A DNA stretch of 64,000 nucleotides from Candidatus Woesebacteria bacterium (GCA_021208605.1 JAJOJK010000001.1:5257-69256), one strand, 5' to 3'; shown: positions 1 to 10,411, counted from the stretch's first letter. The notes: generated from the sequence alone by a model not told the origin. A program made the numbers and translations.

Positions 1-2
1 AG

Positions 3-266
3 TTGAGAGAGCGAGAAGAGGGCGAGGAAATGGATGAGGATGCAATAGCTCGATTTGTCGAGAGAGTGAAACACATAGCTACAGTACATACTCATCAGAT
101 CATTGCCGTTGTTACACACGGTTTTGTTATGCGGGGATTTCTGGCTTACTTAGGATATAAACAGCTGGAAGAAATGCCACAAGGTTTTATTAAAAACACG
201 GGGTATATAGTGTTTGAGTTTGAAAATGGAAATTTCCGAATCGCAAAAACCAAACAAATAGGATAG
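3..266 (+). CDS. Histidine phosphatase (PGAM-like) family protein, C-terminal fragment running off the window start
   Basis: VTHG motif near the C-terminus is typical of the histidine phosphatase superfamily; the ORF is open at the window edge. Confidence 0.45.
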   Translation: MREREEGEEMDEDAIARFVERVKHIATVHTHQIIAVVTHGFVMRGFLAYLGYKQLEEMPQGFIKNTGYIVFEFENGNFRIAKTKQIG

Positions 267-433
267 CTTCACAAAGTTTAACGAACTCTGATCGCGGCGA
301 CCCTCGACCTCGTGGAAACCGAACTTCGTGATTCTTGACCTGGTCAAGTTATTTGACCTGTTTGCCCCTGATATGAAGCTACTCGGCTTCTACTAATCCC
401 TAAGAGTATTCGAGGTAGAGTAAAATTACCAAT

Positions 434-1009
434 ATGATTAACCTAGCAGAACTCATAGCAACTAAACAACCAAAAGTTGGTAATACTATTTTTATTGCTA
501 TTGATGGCCATGGTGGCTCAGGTAAATCCACTTTTTCAGATTGGTTATCTAAAAGGCTTGATGCCGAATTAGTTCACACAGATGATTTTGCCAGTTGGGA
601 TAATCCACTTAACTGGTGGCCAATTGTTATTGATAGCGTTTTTAAACAAGTCTCAAATGGAGCAAAAGAGCTAAACTACCCTCGATCACAATGGTGGGAA
701 GGTCATAGTCGAGAACCAATTTCACAAACAGTTACAGAAATAATGATTTTAGAAGGTGTGAGTTCCCTAAGAATGGAGTTCAGGGATTATATTTCTCTGG
801 GCATCTTTGTTGATACGCCTAAGGAAGTTTGCCTTCAACGAGGAGTAAAAAGAGACTTGCAGTTTGGTAAATCAAGAGAGGAAGTAGTGCAAATGTGGGA
901 AAGCTTTTATACAGAAGAAGATAACTATATCAATCGTGATTTGCCAAAAGAATATGCAGACTTGATCTTAGATGGAACAAAACCTTTTGAGATTCAAGTT
1001 GAACTCTAA
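434..1009 (+). CDS. P-loop nucleoside/nucleotide kinase family protein (uridine-kinase-like)
   Basis: Walker A GHGGSGKST followed by HTDDF; size and layout fit the uridine kinase/PRK family. Confidence 0.55.
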   Translation: MINLAELIATKQPKVGNTIFIAIDGHGGSGKSTFSDWLSKRLDAELVHTDDFASWDNPLNWWPIVIDSVFKQVSNGAKELNYPRSQWWEGHSREPISQTVTEIMILEGVSSLRMEFRDYISLGIFVDTPKEVCLQRGVKRDLQFGKSREEVVQMWESFYTEEDNYINRDLPKEYADLILDGTKPFEIQVEL

Positions 1010-1034
1010 AGAACTCTGATAAAGTCTCACAATG

Positions 1035-1107
1035 TGACCCCACCCGGATTCGAACCGGGGTTACAAGGATGAGAACCTTGCGTCCTAGGCCTCTAGACGA
1101 TGGGGCC
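1035..1107 (-). tRNA. tRNA-Glu(CTC), CCA not encoded
   Basis: Reverse complement folds as a cloverleaf: acceptor GGCCCCA/TGGGGTC, D-loop TCTAGAGGCCTAGGA, anticodon loop TTCTCAT, T-loop GGTTCGAATCC. Confidence 0.85.
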
Positions 1108-1235
1108 GTCTTGAGAACTGAATTTTACCATATAGATTTGAGTTTCGGCCAGGCGGAGTTTTGCGGTTTGGCTCGTTTTTTGTGTACTTGTTGTGTGTTT
1201 TGCATGCCATGCTGAGCGAAACAAAAAGGAGGTGC

Positions 1236-1829
1236 ATGAAAAAAATACGCTCGCTGGTGGTCGGCGCGTTGTTGGTGGGGTTGTATACCATGATGGGAAC
1301 GGCGGCATATGCGTTGGTGCAGCCAGAAGTTGGGGCATCCGTATTTACGTTCACTACGGCGCAGTTGAATATCTTAATTGGAACATCGTCAGGTGGTCCA
1401 TTTGCACAAGAATTAGTGTTGCCTGCCACAGAAATGCTTCTCTCCAATGATGAGGAGCACATCATAGATTTCTGGGTGAAGAATGCTTCGTCGAATGGAA
1501 TTTCATACGCTCTGACTGGACAACTGAGTGAGGGCGATCAAGATTGGGATGTGCTCAAAAAAGCCATTCAAGTAAAAATGTCTAATTTGTCTGAAGAAAC
1601 TCGTTGGTATACCTTGGAGGAGGCAGTGGTTGAGTCAATCCCGTTTCCTGGATTGTTGGAAAATGGAGCGCGAAGATACCAGTTTATTTACCGCCTGCCT
1701 GCGCAGTACCCGGTTGATCCAGACGGTTCGGGACCTCTCCATGAGGGTGACCCAATCGGTGAGGAGCTTGAACAAAAAATTACCAACGGAATCTATTTTT
1801 TGATAACCGGTCATATTCAGGGGGAGTGA
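1236..1829 (+). CDS. Hypothetical secreted protein
   Basis: Internal ATG with AAAGGAGG RBS 5 nt upstream; signal-peptide-like MKKIRSLVVGALLVGL; the upstream part of the track ORF is probably untranslated. Confidence 0.55.
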   Translation: MKKIRSLVVGALLVGLYTMMGTAAYALVQPEVGASVFTFTTAQLNILIGTSSGGPFAQELVLPATEMLLSNDEEHIIDFWVKNASSNGISYALTGQLSEGDQDWDVLKKAIQVKMSNLSEETRWYTLEEAVVESIPFPGLLENGARRYQFIYRLPAQYPVDPDGSGPLHEGDPIGEELEQKITNGIYFLITGHIQGE

Positions 1830-1830
1830 G

Positions 1831-2040
1831 ATGATGCGTAACTTTGATGTTCTTTTCATACTTTGGACCATCGCTGCTATCACTGTGCTGGGAGTGGGAG
1901 GGCAATTTTTGCTCTCCCCACCAGTTTGGAAGAACGTATTTCCGAATATATGGATAGCGTATGCGGTGACCTGTGTCCTCCCTACCTTTCTCTTATCGAT
2001 TCCAGCACTGCGTTGGCTTACCAAGGAAGGTCATGCCTGA
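1831..2040 (+). CDS. Small integral membrane protein (2 TM), hypothetical
   Basis: 69-aa hydrophobic ORF whose stop overlaps the next start (ATGCCTGA). Confidence 0.4.
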   Translation: MMRNFDVLFILWTIAAITVLGVGGQFLLSPPVWKNVFPNIWIAYAVTCVLPTFLLSIPALRWLTKEGHA

Positions 2041-3028
2041 TCTTGAGTGGCGACGACTTCTCTATTGGGTGGAGTTGCTTTTCTTTTGGGTATTTTGTTG
2101 GCGAGTGTGGGCGGTTGCGCAAGTATTTGCCTTTACGAATCCGGCGATTCAAGTACTCGGATTGACATTTTCCACTCAAGTATCTCCCATAACTCCCCTC
2201 CCATTTTCGGAGACTGCTACTGTTTTGGCCGGAAATTGGTTTGTGTCTTCCCCACAAGTGGTTGATGATCCGGCGAGTGAAGTTTTGGGGAGGTCGTTAC
2301 GGTATTGCCATACACAAAAAAGCATAGATGGACCATATCAATCGGCGGAGTGCTCATCTGCAGATCGAGAGAAAGTTTTTTGGAACTCTGGGGACACAGA
2401 GTTCGTATGGCGGCAGGGAGATATTGATGCCAAACTCTTTTTTACACTGAGCTCAACCGCATCGCCACAAGACTTGTATGATCTGGTGATCTCAGAAGTG
2501 GCTTGGTCAGGAAGCTATGACGGCGAGGGAAGTCATTCGACAGATGAATGGATAGAGCTCTATAACCCAACTGGGAACACCTGGAATCTACATGGTGTGA
2601 AACTTGAAGGTATCCGTCGCAGTGGAGCGAGCTACACATTTCCTGCTGGGTATGCCATAGCACCGCATAGTTTTTTTGTTATAGCGCGGCACCCGGCAGA
2701 AGAGAGTGTCTTATCTTCTCCTCCTGATAGTGTTCTGTCTTCTCTCTCCTTGAGTAACACAAATGCCAGTATTCGGCTCAGCAACAGCGATGGCATGCTG
2801 TTGGATTCTGTACCGTCTGGAGAATGGAAAGCTGGAGCGAATGACACTGTTGCCGAGTTTCGTGCTTCGGCACAGCGTAATTTATGGCATTTGACACCCG
2901 AGTGGGATAGTTGGTTCACGTGTCAGTCCGCCAAAGCTTGTGGCTCTGGAGCTGTGTTTACCCATCTTGAGAGTCAGCAGACGTATGCTACACCATGGCA
3001 AGCTTCTCGCGGTTATAAGGAGAAATGA
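2033..3028 (+). CDS. Lamin-tail-domain (LTD) containing membrane-anchored protein
   Basis: N-terminal TM segment; LTD-like segment DEWIELYNPTGNTWNLHGVKLEG...YTFPAGYAIAPHSFFVIA; start chosen at the ATG overlapping the upstream stop. Confidence 0.55.
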   Translation: MPDLEWRRLLYWVELLFFWVFCWRVWAVAQVFAFTNPAIQVLGLTFSTQVSPITPLPFSETATVLAGNWFVSSPQVVDDPASEVLGRSLRYCHTQKSIDGPYQSAECSSADREKVFWNSGDTEFVWRQGDIDAKLFFTLSSTASPQDLYDLVISEVAWSGSYDGEGSHSTDEWIELYNPTGNTWNLHGVKLEGIRRSGASYTFPAGYAIAPHSFFVIARHPAEESVLSSPPDSVLSSLSLSNTNASIRLSNSDGMLLDSVPSGEWKAGANDTVAEFRASAQRNLWHLTPEWDSWFTCQSAKACGSGAVFTHLESQQTYATPWQASRGYKEK

Positions 3029-3074
3029 ACTCTTGGCGGCAAGTTGTGAAAAAGTATGATACTCTATCTGTACT

Positions 3075-3797
3075 ATGAAAGGCATTATTCTCGCTGGAGG
3101 TTCCGGCACTCGTCTCCGTCCCCTTACGAAAGTTACGAGCAAGCAGCTCTTACCCATCTACAACAAGCCGATGGTGTACTATCCGCTCGAGACGCTTTTG
3201 CAAGCGGGCATCAAAGATATTTTGGTGATTATTGCTCCTGATCACGCCGGCGATTTCTTAAAGCTTCTCGGCAGTGGAAAAGACTTTGGCTGTGATTTCA
3301 CTTACGAAATTCAAGACAAACCAGAAGGTTTGGCGCAAGCATTCCTGATTGGAGAAAAATTCATTGGTGATGATTCTGTCACCATGGTGCTCGGCGACAA
3401 CTTATTTGAAGATGATTTCTCAGAAGCTATACAGTCCTTTGAATCTGGTGCCCGGGTGTTTGCGAAAGAAGTGCCTGACCCAGAGCGTTTTGGTGTAGTT
3501 GAGTTCGACGAAAATATGAAAGCTCTTTCTATTGAAGAAAAACCAGCTCAGCCAAAGTCCAACTACTGTGTTACTGGTCTCTACATTTATGACAATACTG
3601 TTGTAGAAAAAACCAAACGACTCCAGCCTTCTGATCGTGGTGAGCTCGAAATTACTGATCTCAACATGATGTACCTGCAGGATGAGACGCTCGACGTAGC
3701 AAAAGTACATGGCCGCTGGTTTGATACCGGTACCTTTGAGTCCTGGTATGAGGCGACCAACTTTGCCCGTGAGCGTGCCATGCAAGAGTCTGCATAG
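3075..3797 (+). CDS. rfbA: Sugar-phosphate nucleotidyltransferase (short RmlA-like glucose-1-phosphate thymidylyltransferase family)
   Basis: N-terminal [18 protein letters not shown] nucleotidyltransferase signature; 240 aa short form. Confidence 0.75.
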   Translation: MKGIILAGGSGTRLRPLTKVTSKQLLPIYNKPMVYYPLETLLQAGIKDILVIIAPDHAGDFLKLLGSGKDFGCDFTYEIQDKPEGLAQAFLIGEKFIGDDSVTMVLGDNLFEDDFSEAIQSFESGARVFAKEVPDPERFGVVEFDENMKALSIEEKPAQPKSNYCVTGLYIYDNTVVEKTKRLQPSDRGELEITDLNMMYLQDETLDVAKVHGRWFDTGTFESWYEATNFARERAMQESA

Positions 3798-3828
3798 TGA
3801 CCGCAACTGGCACGTCTGTTACACTCAA

Positions 3829-4725
3829 ATGGTGAAATCACCGCTGTCTGTCATTCGATTTTGTGCTCTTGTTTTGAGCGGTCTGGCGGTTTTTGGATCT
3901 GGAGTGTTATTAAGTACGTTACCAGCGCAGGCACAGTTTTCTGCCGTCGAAATCCAAGAAGCCACGCCAGTGACAGCGAGTGCAGAAGTGGTTTCGGTAG
4001 ATCCGGCTCGTTTGCAAAATGTGACTGAAACCTATTATGCCAACGTCGAAGCCTACCGCGATGCAGCCGAGCGCTACCAAATTGCCGAAATTGATTACTA
4101 TCAGCAAAATACCCTCGCTTCTTTAGAAGAGGCCATGCGCCGCGCTCGTGATCTTATGCGGACACGGGCTGACTTAATGGAATCATACTTTACGTACTTA
4201 CGCTTACTCTTGCAGGATACGCGCGGTATAGAGCTCGAAGACAAAAACATTGCCGATGCTGAAATGGCGTTTTGGCAACAGCAAATGGCCGAGTACCGCA
4301 CCAGTGTGGCTGGGCTCGAAACACGACCACAAATTCAGGACCATATGGAGCTTTTCAATGAACAGAAAAATGCCCTCTTACACTCGGCCTACATGGCACT
4401 CGTACTGATTAAAATTGGCAAAATACAAACCGCCCTCGATAATGCCGTAACTGTCCGCCAGACGTTGGATACCGCTATCAGTAACTCATCACTCTCTGCG
4501 GCTGATAAAGCCATTAAACAGCGTGGTCTTGAGGAAGTTGATCGCCTTATCCAACGTTCACAAAACAATGTCATTGACTTGCAGATTGATTTCCGCGCCA
4601 AAGCGACGCAAGGCGCCTATAACCAACAGTCATATCAAGCGTTCCAGTCGGACGCGGAGTTTAGTTATCTCCAGCTGCGACAGACTGGCGAATACATGAA
4701 TGAAATTGCCCGAGGACTACAATGA
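3829..4725 (+). CDS. Hypothetical secreted coiled-coil protein
   Basis: Internal ATG giving signal peptide MVKSPLSVIRFCALVLSGLAVFG; the upstream part of the ORF overlaps rfbA and was rejected. Confidence 0.5.
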   Translation: MVKSPLSVIRFCALVLSGLAVFGSGVLLSTLPAQAQFSAVEIQEATPVTASAEVVSVDPARLQNVTETYYANVEAYRDAAERYQIAEIDYYQQNTLASLEEAMRRARDLMRTRADLMESYFTYLRLLLQDTRGIELEDKNIADAEMAFWQQQMAEYRTSVAGLETRPQIQDHMELFNEQKNALLHSAYMALVLIKIGKIQTALDNAVTVRQTLDTAISNSSLSAADKAIKQRGLEEVDRLIQRSQNNVIDLQIDFRAKATQGAYNQQSYQAFQSDAEFSYLQLRQTGEYMNEIARGLQ

Positions 4726-5222
4726 GCGCTGATGCCCGCAAACACCTCCTTGGTAAGAAAGAGACCACTTCAGTAAACAAAAGTGGTTCGGAAGCTGATG
4801 AGTTAGAGCCTATTGTCGGACAGACGCATTTTGCAGAAGATGTGGTTATCGAAGATATTCGTGCGGCGGGGCCAACCCATGAAACAGAGTCTTCTCAAAA
4901 CACACCATGGTGGAAACAGAAGCGAATAATCCTCTTAGGAGCCGTTATTTTGGTTGGTTGTATCATGATGGTGATTGCACTCAGCTTGCAACAATCAATG
5001 ACTGATTTGCCAACGCAGCAACCATCACAACAGGAAACTACCGGAAATAGCGAAGAAGAAATTTCTGAACTGCGGCGACAACTTCTTCTCTTGGAACAAG
5101 ATATTGAAGCAGCTGATCCACTGGAAGCCGAACTCGCTTTTCCACCAGTAACCTTTGATAAAGTGCTCGAAGATGCGCTTTCTGCTGAGCGTTTGCAAGA
5201 CCTGCAAGAAGCGCGGCGCTAA
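4722..5222 (+). CDS. Hypothetical single-pass membrane protein
   Basis: ATGA start/stop overlap with the upstream gene; one TM (ILLGAVILVGCIMMVIAL); acidic C-terminus. Confidence 0.45.
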   Translation: MSADARKHLLGKKETTSVNKSGSEADELEPIVGQTHFAEDVVIEDIRAAGPTHETESSQNTPWWKQKRIILLGAVILVGCIMMVIALSLQQSMTDLPTQQPSQQETTGNSEEEISELRRQLLLLEQDIEAADPLEAELAFPPVTFDKVLEDALSAERLQDLQEARR

Positions 5223-5237
5223 GCTCTCTTCTTTTTC

Positions 5238-5900
5238 TTACTTTTCTTCTGGAAACAAGTGTTGATTGTGCCGGAATTCGGCAATGGCGCGGTGATCACC
5301 AGATTGAAGAATTTCTGGGACCCTCCAGCCATTGTATTCAGCTGGACGAGTGTACTGCCCGTGTCCGAGTTCGCCCGGTGTATCATGCGACTCACCAACG
5401 GTACTGTTTTCGTTACCCAATACGCCTGGCTGCAAGCGACTCAGTGCATCAACCATGACGGCCACGGCTGGTTCACCACCAGTTAAAACATAGTCCCCAA
5501 TGCGGATTTCGGCGTCAACTAAGTGCTGGGCGACCCGCTCATCGACACCTTCGTAATGTCCACAAATGAACGCAATTCTTTCCAAAGGTTGCCATTCTCG
5601 GGCCGTATCTTGCGTGAAGAGCTCGCCTTTGGCAGAGGTGAGAATAATTTTCTCGTTGGGAGTTCCTTGAGCATAGCCCAAGTGAGATAAGGCGGCATCG
5701 ATGGGCTCGATCATCATTACCATACCTGGACCACCTCCGTAAGGACGGTCATCAGTCAGTTTATGTTTTCCGACTCCGAATTGACGTAATCCGTGGACGT
5801 AGAGATCCACTTTTTCAGTCGCCACCGCTTTTCCCAAGATGCTGGTTTGCAGCAATGAGTCAAAATATTCGGGGAAAAGTGTCAAAATGTCGATTGTCAT
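5238..5900 (-). CDS. trmD: tRNA (guanine37-N1)-methyltransferase TrmD
   Basis: MTIDILTLFPEYF start and GGGPGMVM SAM-binding motif; internal ATG selected. Confidence 0.9.
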   Translation of the reverse strand: MTIDILTLFPEYFDSLLQTSILGKAVATEKVDLYVHGLRQFGVGKHKLTDDRPYGGGPGMVMMIEPIDAALSHLGYAQGTPNEKIILTSAKGELFTQDTAREWQPLERIAFICGHYEGVDERVAQHLVDAEIRIGDYVLTGGEPAVAVMVDALSRLQPGVLGNENSTVGESHDTPGELGHGQYTRPAEYNGWRVPEILQSGDHRAIAEFRHNQHLFPEEK

Positions 5901-5925
5901 GGTGTAGGTTATTCGATACACTAGG

Positions 5926-7005
5926 TTGAGTATGAATCGTGAACGAACAGACACTATTATATCGTCCTTTTGGGTCATTGCGGGATTAGTTGCCGTAATT
6001 GCGGTGGGATACTATTTCCGCAACATTTGGATGCTGGTGCTGTTGTCGTTTATTTTTGCCTCTGCTCTCCACCCGGGGGTTCAATTGGGTCGACGTTTTC
6101 GTATCCCGGCACCGATTTCATTGGTGACGATGTACGTGCTGATCTTTTTAGTGTTATCGCTGTTACTCTCATTTGTTATTCCGCCACTCGCCCAGCAAAC
6201 TTCGCAGCTAGCTGCCGTGGGGACGCAAATGCTGGGTCTGGAGAAAATCAATGTGGATCCTTCTTGGGCGCTAGATCTGAACAACTTAAAAGAGTTGGCG
6301 AACTCATACCAGGAATACAGTAATATTCTCACGCAGTTTACTGGTTCACTGCAAACAGCGTTTGTGTTTATTACCTCAACCTTCTCGGTCATGTTTGTGT
6401 TTGTTACGTGGTTGGTGATGACTTCGCATATATCATTATCAGTGGATCACTTTGCCGCTTCTTTTGCTTGGTTACTGCCAGAAAAAACTGCCGAGAAAAA
6501 AGCGGAGAGAGCCCGTAATATTTTGCAGTCAATTATGCGTAAACTCGGAGGTTGGGTGCGCGGTCAGTTGGTGCTTATGTTCGCAATTGGCATCGTGTCG
6601 TATCTGGGATTGACGTTGTTAGGTGTTCCCTATGCCTTACCACTGGCAATCATTGCCGGACTGCTTGAAATTGTGCCAAATCTCGGTCCGACCTTGTCTT
6701 CGATTCCCGCTATTGTAATTGCCTTCTTCTTTGTCAATCCGTTAACGGCGGTAGTGACAGCTGTTTTCTATTTCTTGATGCAACTGCTGGAGAATTCCTT
6801 CTTAGTACCGCAAGTGATGAAAGAAGCGGTCGATGTGCATCCGTTGACGACACTGATCCTCATGTTGCTCGGTTTTCAAGCCATGGGTGTGGTAGGTGCA
6901 GTAGGAATTCTTCCACTCTATATTATTGTTCGCACTCTGGTGCAAGAGTTGGTGCCCGGTGGTGGGCCATTTGCAAATTTAGAGCAATATATCCATAAAA
7001 AATAG
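5926..7005 (+). CDS. AI-2E family transporter (PerM/UPF0118)
   Basis: 8-TM topology with conserved LLEIVPNLGP and C-terminal motifs of the AI-2E family. Confidence 0.75.
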   Translation: MSMNRERTDTIISSFWVIAGLVAVIAVGYYFRNIWMLVLLSFIFASALHPGVQLGRRFRIPAPISLVTMYVLIFLVLSLLLSFVIPPLAQQTSQLAAVGTQMLGLEKINVDPSWALDLNNLKELANSYQEYSNILTQFTGSLQTAFVFITSTFSVMFVFVTWLVMTSHISLSVDHFAASFAWLLPEKTAEKKAERARNILQSIMRKLGGWVRGQLVLMFAIGIVSYLGLTLLGVPYALPLAIIAGLLEIVPNLGPTLSSIPAIVIAFFFVNPLTAVVTAVFYFLMQLLENSFLVPQVMKEAVDVHPLTTLILMLLGFQAMGVVGAVGILPLYIIVRTLVQELVPGGGPFANLEQYIHKK

Positions 7006-7028
7006 TTGAAAACACTTCCTTTTTAGCC

Positions 7029-7046
7029 AAAAACTTGGTATACTAT
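7029..7046 (+). promoter_or_regulatory. Extended -10 promoter (TGgTATACT) for RNase P RNA
   Basis: cttGGTATACTatg directly upstream of the P1 helix of rnpB. Confidence 0.4.
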
Positions 7047-7368
7047 GCGCTGCAGTCGACCGATGTGCTCGCGCTTTCCTATGGGAAAGTGAGGAAAGTC
7101 CGGACGGCAGAACGCAGGGTGTCTCCTGTAAGGGAGAGACTCCCACTTAAGTGGGAAGGACAGCTAGAGTCACAGAGACGATCTGGGTAACGCCAGCTGA
7201 AACGCCAAGTGGACGAGCTTCGTGCTCGGGACAATCCTCCCCGCCGCAACCATCGAACTTCACCGTATTGGACGCGTTCCCGATGAGTTTACTCAGGGTG
7301 ATACAGCTATGGGCATGAGATAAATGAGCGCACACGACAGAATCCGGCTTATTGGTCGCTGCACACGA
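7047..7368 (+). ncRNA. rnpB: RNase P RNA (bacterial type A)
   Basis: Conserved GAGGAAAGTCCGGAC (P4) and ACAGAATCCGGCTTA elements; P1 pairing between the 5' gcagtcgacc and 3' ggtcgctgc. Confidence 0.8.
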
Positions 7369-7373
7369 AATCC

Positions 7374-7430
7374 AGAGGAGTCATCTCTCTGAAAAGTCTC
7401 TTTTCAGAGTGGTGACTCCTTTTTGGGAAG
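7374..7430 (+). terminator. Intrinsic terminator after rnpB
   Basis: Long hairpin ggagtcatctctctgaaaag/cttttcagagtggtgactcc followed by a TTTTT run. Confidence 0.6.
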
Positions 7431-7488
7431 TGTGAGTAAGAATAGCTCCTTGTTCTTGAGAAACACCTTGAGGTACAATCAATCTATT

Positions 7489-8175
7489 ATGGGAGACACT
7501 TTTAACGCTTTGACCACAACCCGCTTTTTTTATGTCACTTCTGATTCGCTCTTTCGCATTCTTTTGAGTGTTGTCTTAGTCGTCCTGGGTTTTTTCGTCG
7601 CCCAACGCGTGACTTCCTTTTTACGAAACTCGGTCCGCTCTTTGCTCAGTCGTGAATTCATCACCAATTCTCCGTTTGGAGTCATGACAGAGTCGACCGA
7701 TGCGCTCCGTGGCTCGGGCTTATTTTCCAATGTGGTGTATTGGTTCGTGGTCTTTTTCTTCGTTTCGATTGCCGGTGAAGTATTGGGAATTACCTTCTTT
7801 AGTAATGTCGCGGCTCTAATTGTGTCGTTTATCCCGACGCTTATTTCGGCGGCGATAGTGTTCCTCTTTGGACTTGTCATTTCTGGTGTTGCCGAAAACG
7901 TGGTCAAACGTCAACTGAAGAAAATGATGCCACAGCAAGCTGTCTTGATGGGAACAGCGACCAGTTACGTCGTTTTGGCTCTCTTTACACTCATTGCATT
8001 GTCAGAGCTCGGTATTGCCAGTGAGTTCATATTAGTGCTCTTCTCTGGCCTTGTTCTGGCCTTGGCTTTATCGGTGGGTATCAGTATTGGATTTGGGTCC
8101 AAAGGCATTGTCGAAGACATGTTGCAAACCATGGTGAAAGAAGAAAAGAAGCGTCGTACCCGCGACGAGGAGTAA
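7489..8175 (+). CDS. Hypothetical polytopic membrane protein
   Basis: Multiple TM helices; start moved to an internal ATG downstream of the rnpB terminator. Confidence 0.45.
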   Translation: MGDTFNALTTTRFFYVTSDSLFRILLSVVLVVLGFFVAQRVTSFLRNSVRSLLSREFITNSPFGVMTESTDALRGSGLFSNVVYWFVVFFFVSIAGEVLGITFFSNVAALIVSFIPTLISAAIVFLFGLVISGVAENVVKRQLKKMMPQQAVLMGTATSYVVLALFTLIALSELGIASEFILVLFSGLVLALALSVGISIGFGSKGIVEDMLQTMVKEEKKRRTRDEE

Positions 8176-8179
8176 CGCC

Positions 8180-9004
8180 ATGGACATCTTGTGGTGGGAA
8201 GCCGCTATTCTTGGTGTAGTGCAAGGAATTACCGAGTTCTTACCAGTTTCGAGCTCTGGTCACTTAGCACTCTTTCAGCACTTTTTTGGCCTCTCTGGCA
8301 TTCCTCTCACGTTTGATGTCATGACCCATGCTGGTACTTTTATTGCCATCATTGCGTACTTTTGGAAAGATATTCGACAAGCATCACTGCGTTTGTGGTT
8401 TCATATCGCCTTGGCGAACATTCCTGTGTTTATCATGGGTTTTGCTGTGCGGCCGTACCTTGATTTCATGAAAGACAGCCGCGTCGGACTAGCGACTGCC
8501 TTTTTGATTACAGCCTTTCTCCTCATTGTGGCCGATTCTTTGTTGTGGCAGTCAAAGCAAAAAGGCAGCACTTGGTTTCATGCCATTGCCACAAAAGTTA
8601 AAAATCTGATTCACGGACAAAAACTGGTTGAACCTCAATTGCTGACGTTATTTGTAGTGGGTATCTACCAAGCGTTTGCAGTACTTCCCGGAGTATCTCG
8701 TTCTGGAAGTACGCTGACGGGTGGAGCTGTAGCCGGCTATGATCGAGAAACAGCTTTTAAGTATGCCTTTTTGATTGGTATTCCAGCGGTGGGTGGCGCA
8801 GTTTTTCTCGATTTTCTGAGTGTAACAAAGGACAATGCATGGGGCACAATTGATCTGCCTGCGACTCTTTTAGCGACGGCAATTGCCATGGCGGTTGGTC
8901 TGGTTTCACTGCGGTTATTGCGATTTGTCGTGCACAATGCACGCCTGAAATACTTCGCTTTTTACTGCGTTTTTGTTAGTATTGTGTCTCTTTTGTTTGT
9001 TTAA
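8180..9004 (+). CDS. uppP: Undecaprenyl-diphosphate phosphatase UppP/BacA
   Basis: GITEFLPVSSSGH and SRSGSTL motifs. Confidence 0.9.
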   Translation: MDILWWEAAILGVVQGITEFLPVSSSGHLALFQHFFGLSGIPLTFDVMTHAGTFIAIIAYFWKDIRQASLRLWFHIALANIPVFIMGFAVRPYLDFMKDSRVGLATAFLITAFLLIVADSLLWQSKQKGSTWFHAIATKVKNLIHGQKLVEPQLLTLFVVGIYQAFAVLPGVSRSGSTLTGGAVAGYDRETAFKYAFLIGIPAVGGAVFLDFLSVTKDNAWGTIDLPATLLATAIAMAVGLVSLRLLRFVVHNARLKYFAFYCVFVSIVSLLFV

Positions 9005-9013
9005 ATAGTTTTC

Positions 9014-10411
9014 GTGATTACCGTACACAGTGGAGTGCTTCATAATGGCGTCGTTGAATTAGTACAAGTTCAAGTGGTGGTGTACAAGCGCTCTTTTCCC
9101 CAATTGATTATTACTGGTTTGCCAGCGACCGAGGTACGTGAAAGCCGTGATCGCATTTTGACCGTTTTTCGAGAAATGGGTATTCGTTTACCGCGTGGTC
9201 GCTACGTGGTGCACTTACAGCCCGCCGGTACGAAAAAAAATGGCACGACGCTCGATGCCGCTATTTGGTTGGGTGTTCACTTGGCCCTTTCAGAGAAAGA
9301 ACCACCTCAATCCGTTTTTGCCATTGGGGAACTTGGGCTTGATGGTTCTCTCTTTGCCCCTCGAGGTGCGTTGGCTATTGTCGATCGTGCATTGCAGGAG
9401 CTTTCCGCAGATACGCAGTATATTGTGCCGGCGGATCTGCGAAAAGAACCGTATACGTGGAAAAACACAGCCTTGTCATCAGTCAAATTTGTATCATCAC
9501 TGACTCAGTATCTGGGTGGAAAGTCTGAGAAACCAGAAAAGACTTCAGTTTTTTCTCCACAATCATCCCCAGTGCCTTTGGCCGTATCTGCAGAGATGTT
9601 GCGATTGTTTCAACTTATTTGTGCCGGCGGACACTCAGCGTTGCTGTTTGGTTCGCCAGGAGAAGGTAAGACTCATTCACAGTTGTTATTACAGCATCTG
9701 GTAGTGCAAGATGGGAACAGTCAGGCAGCAACCCACATGCAGTACGAATATGGTGCAGCAAACTCGGATTTGGTCTTATTCCTTTCTCATACCGAAACAT
9801 TTGCCCAACTCAAACGTTGGAGCGCTTTTGTCGCGGAGCGATTTTGTTTTATTGATGAGTTGCCGCTGTGGGAGAAAAGGAAACGGGAGCTTTTGCACGG
9901 CTGGATGGAGATCGGTGAGACTCCCGATATGAGTCGGACCACTGTGGTGGCGACGGCGAATCCGTGCCCCTGTGGCTGGTTTGGTGACGCCCGGTGTACC
10001 TGCACAGAATACGAGCTTGGGCAGTATCAAAAGCGTCTCAGCGGTCCATTGTTGGATCGGTTTTGTTTTCACCATCGGGTAGTAAACATGGTTCCAAAAG
10101 TATTGACTGCTCCTGAGCTCCGGGTGGTACAAAAAACAATACTCCTGGCTCGAAAAAAACAAGAGCAGCGCCATGAACATCGAGGGTGGTCCAAATGGGC
10201 ACAGCAGTACGCCTGGACAGATATGCAGGCCGCGGTGAAAATACCGGATGAGTTACAGATGGCTGTTCAGACGTGGACTTTACGTCGGCAGACACATTGG
10301 TTGCAGTGTGCCTTTACACTCTGCGATCTCGGCGGAGATCACGAAGTACCGACACCTGAACATCTCTGGGAGGCACGCCAGCTTGTTGAGCCACAATTTG
10401 GAATGGGATAG
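9014..10411 (+). CDS. comM: YifB/ComM family Mg-chelatase-like AAA+ ATPase
   Basis: GTG start; N-terminal ChlI-like domain (GLPATEVRESRDRI), Walker A GSPGEGKT, ATANPCPCG zinc motif. Confidence 0.8.
   Translation: MITVHSGVLHNGVVELVQVQVVVYKRSFPQLIITGLPATEVRESRDRILTVFREMGIRLPRGRYVVHLQPAGTKKNGTTLDAAIWLGVHLALSEKEPPQSVFAIGELGLDGSLFAPRGALAIVDRALQELSADTQYIVPADLRKEPYTWKNTALSSVKFVSSLTQYLGGKSEKPEKTSVFSPQSSPVPLAVSAEMLRLFQLICAGGHSALLFGSPGEGKTHSQLLLQHLVVQDGNSQAATHMQYEYGAANSDLVLFLSHTETFAQLKRWSAFVAERFCFIDELPLWEKRKRELLHGWMEIGETPDMSRTTVVATANPCPCGWFGDARCTCTEYELGQYQKRLSGPLLDRFCFHHRVVNMVPKVLTAPELRVVQKTILLARKKQEQRHEHRGWSKWAQQYAWTDMQAAVKIPDELQMAVQTWTLRRQTHWLQCAFTLCDLGGDHEVPTPEHLWEARQLVEPQFGMG

Noticed and set aside
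1161-1235. Upstream extension of the secreted-protein ORF, and the 85-aa ORF 1193-1450
   Set aside because: The RBS and signal peptide define the start at 1236. The extensions overlap the tRNA-Glu promoter region.
7147-7335. 62-aa minus-strand ORF
   Set aside because: It lies entirely within the RNase P RNA gene and is a structured-RNA artifact.
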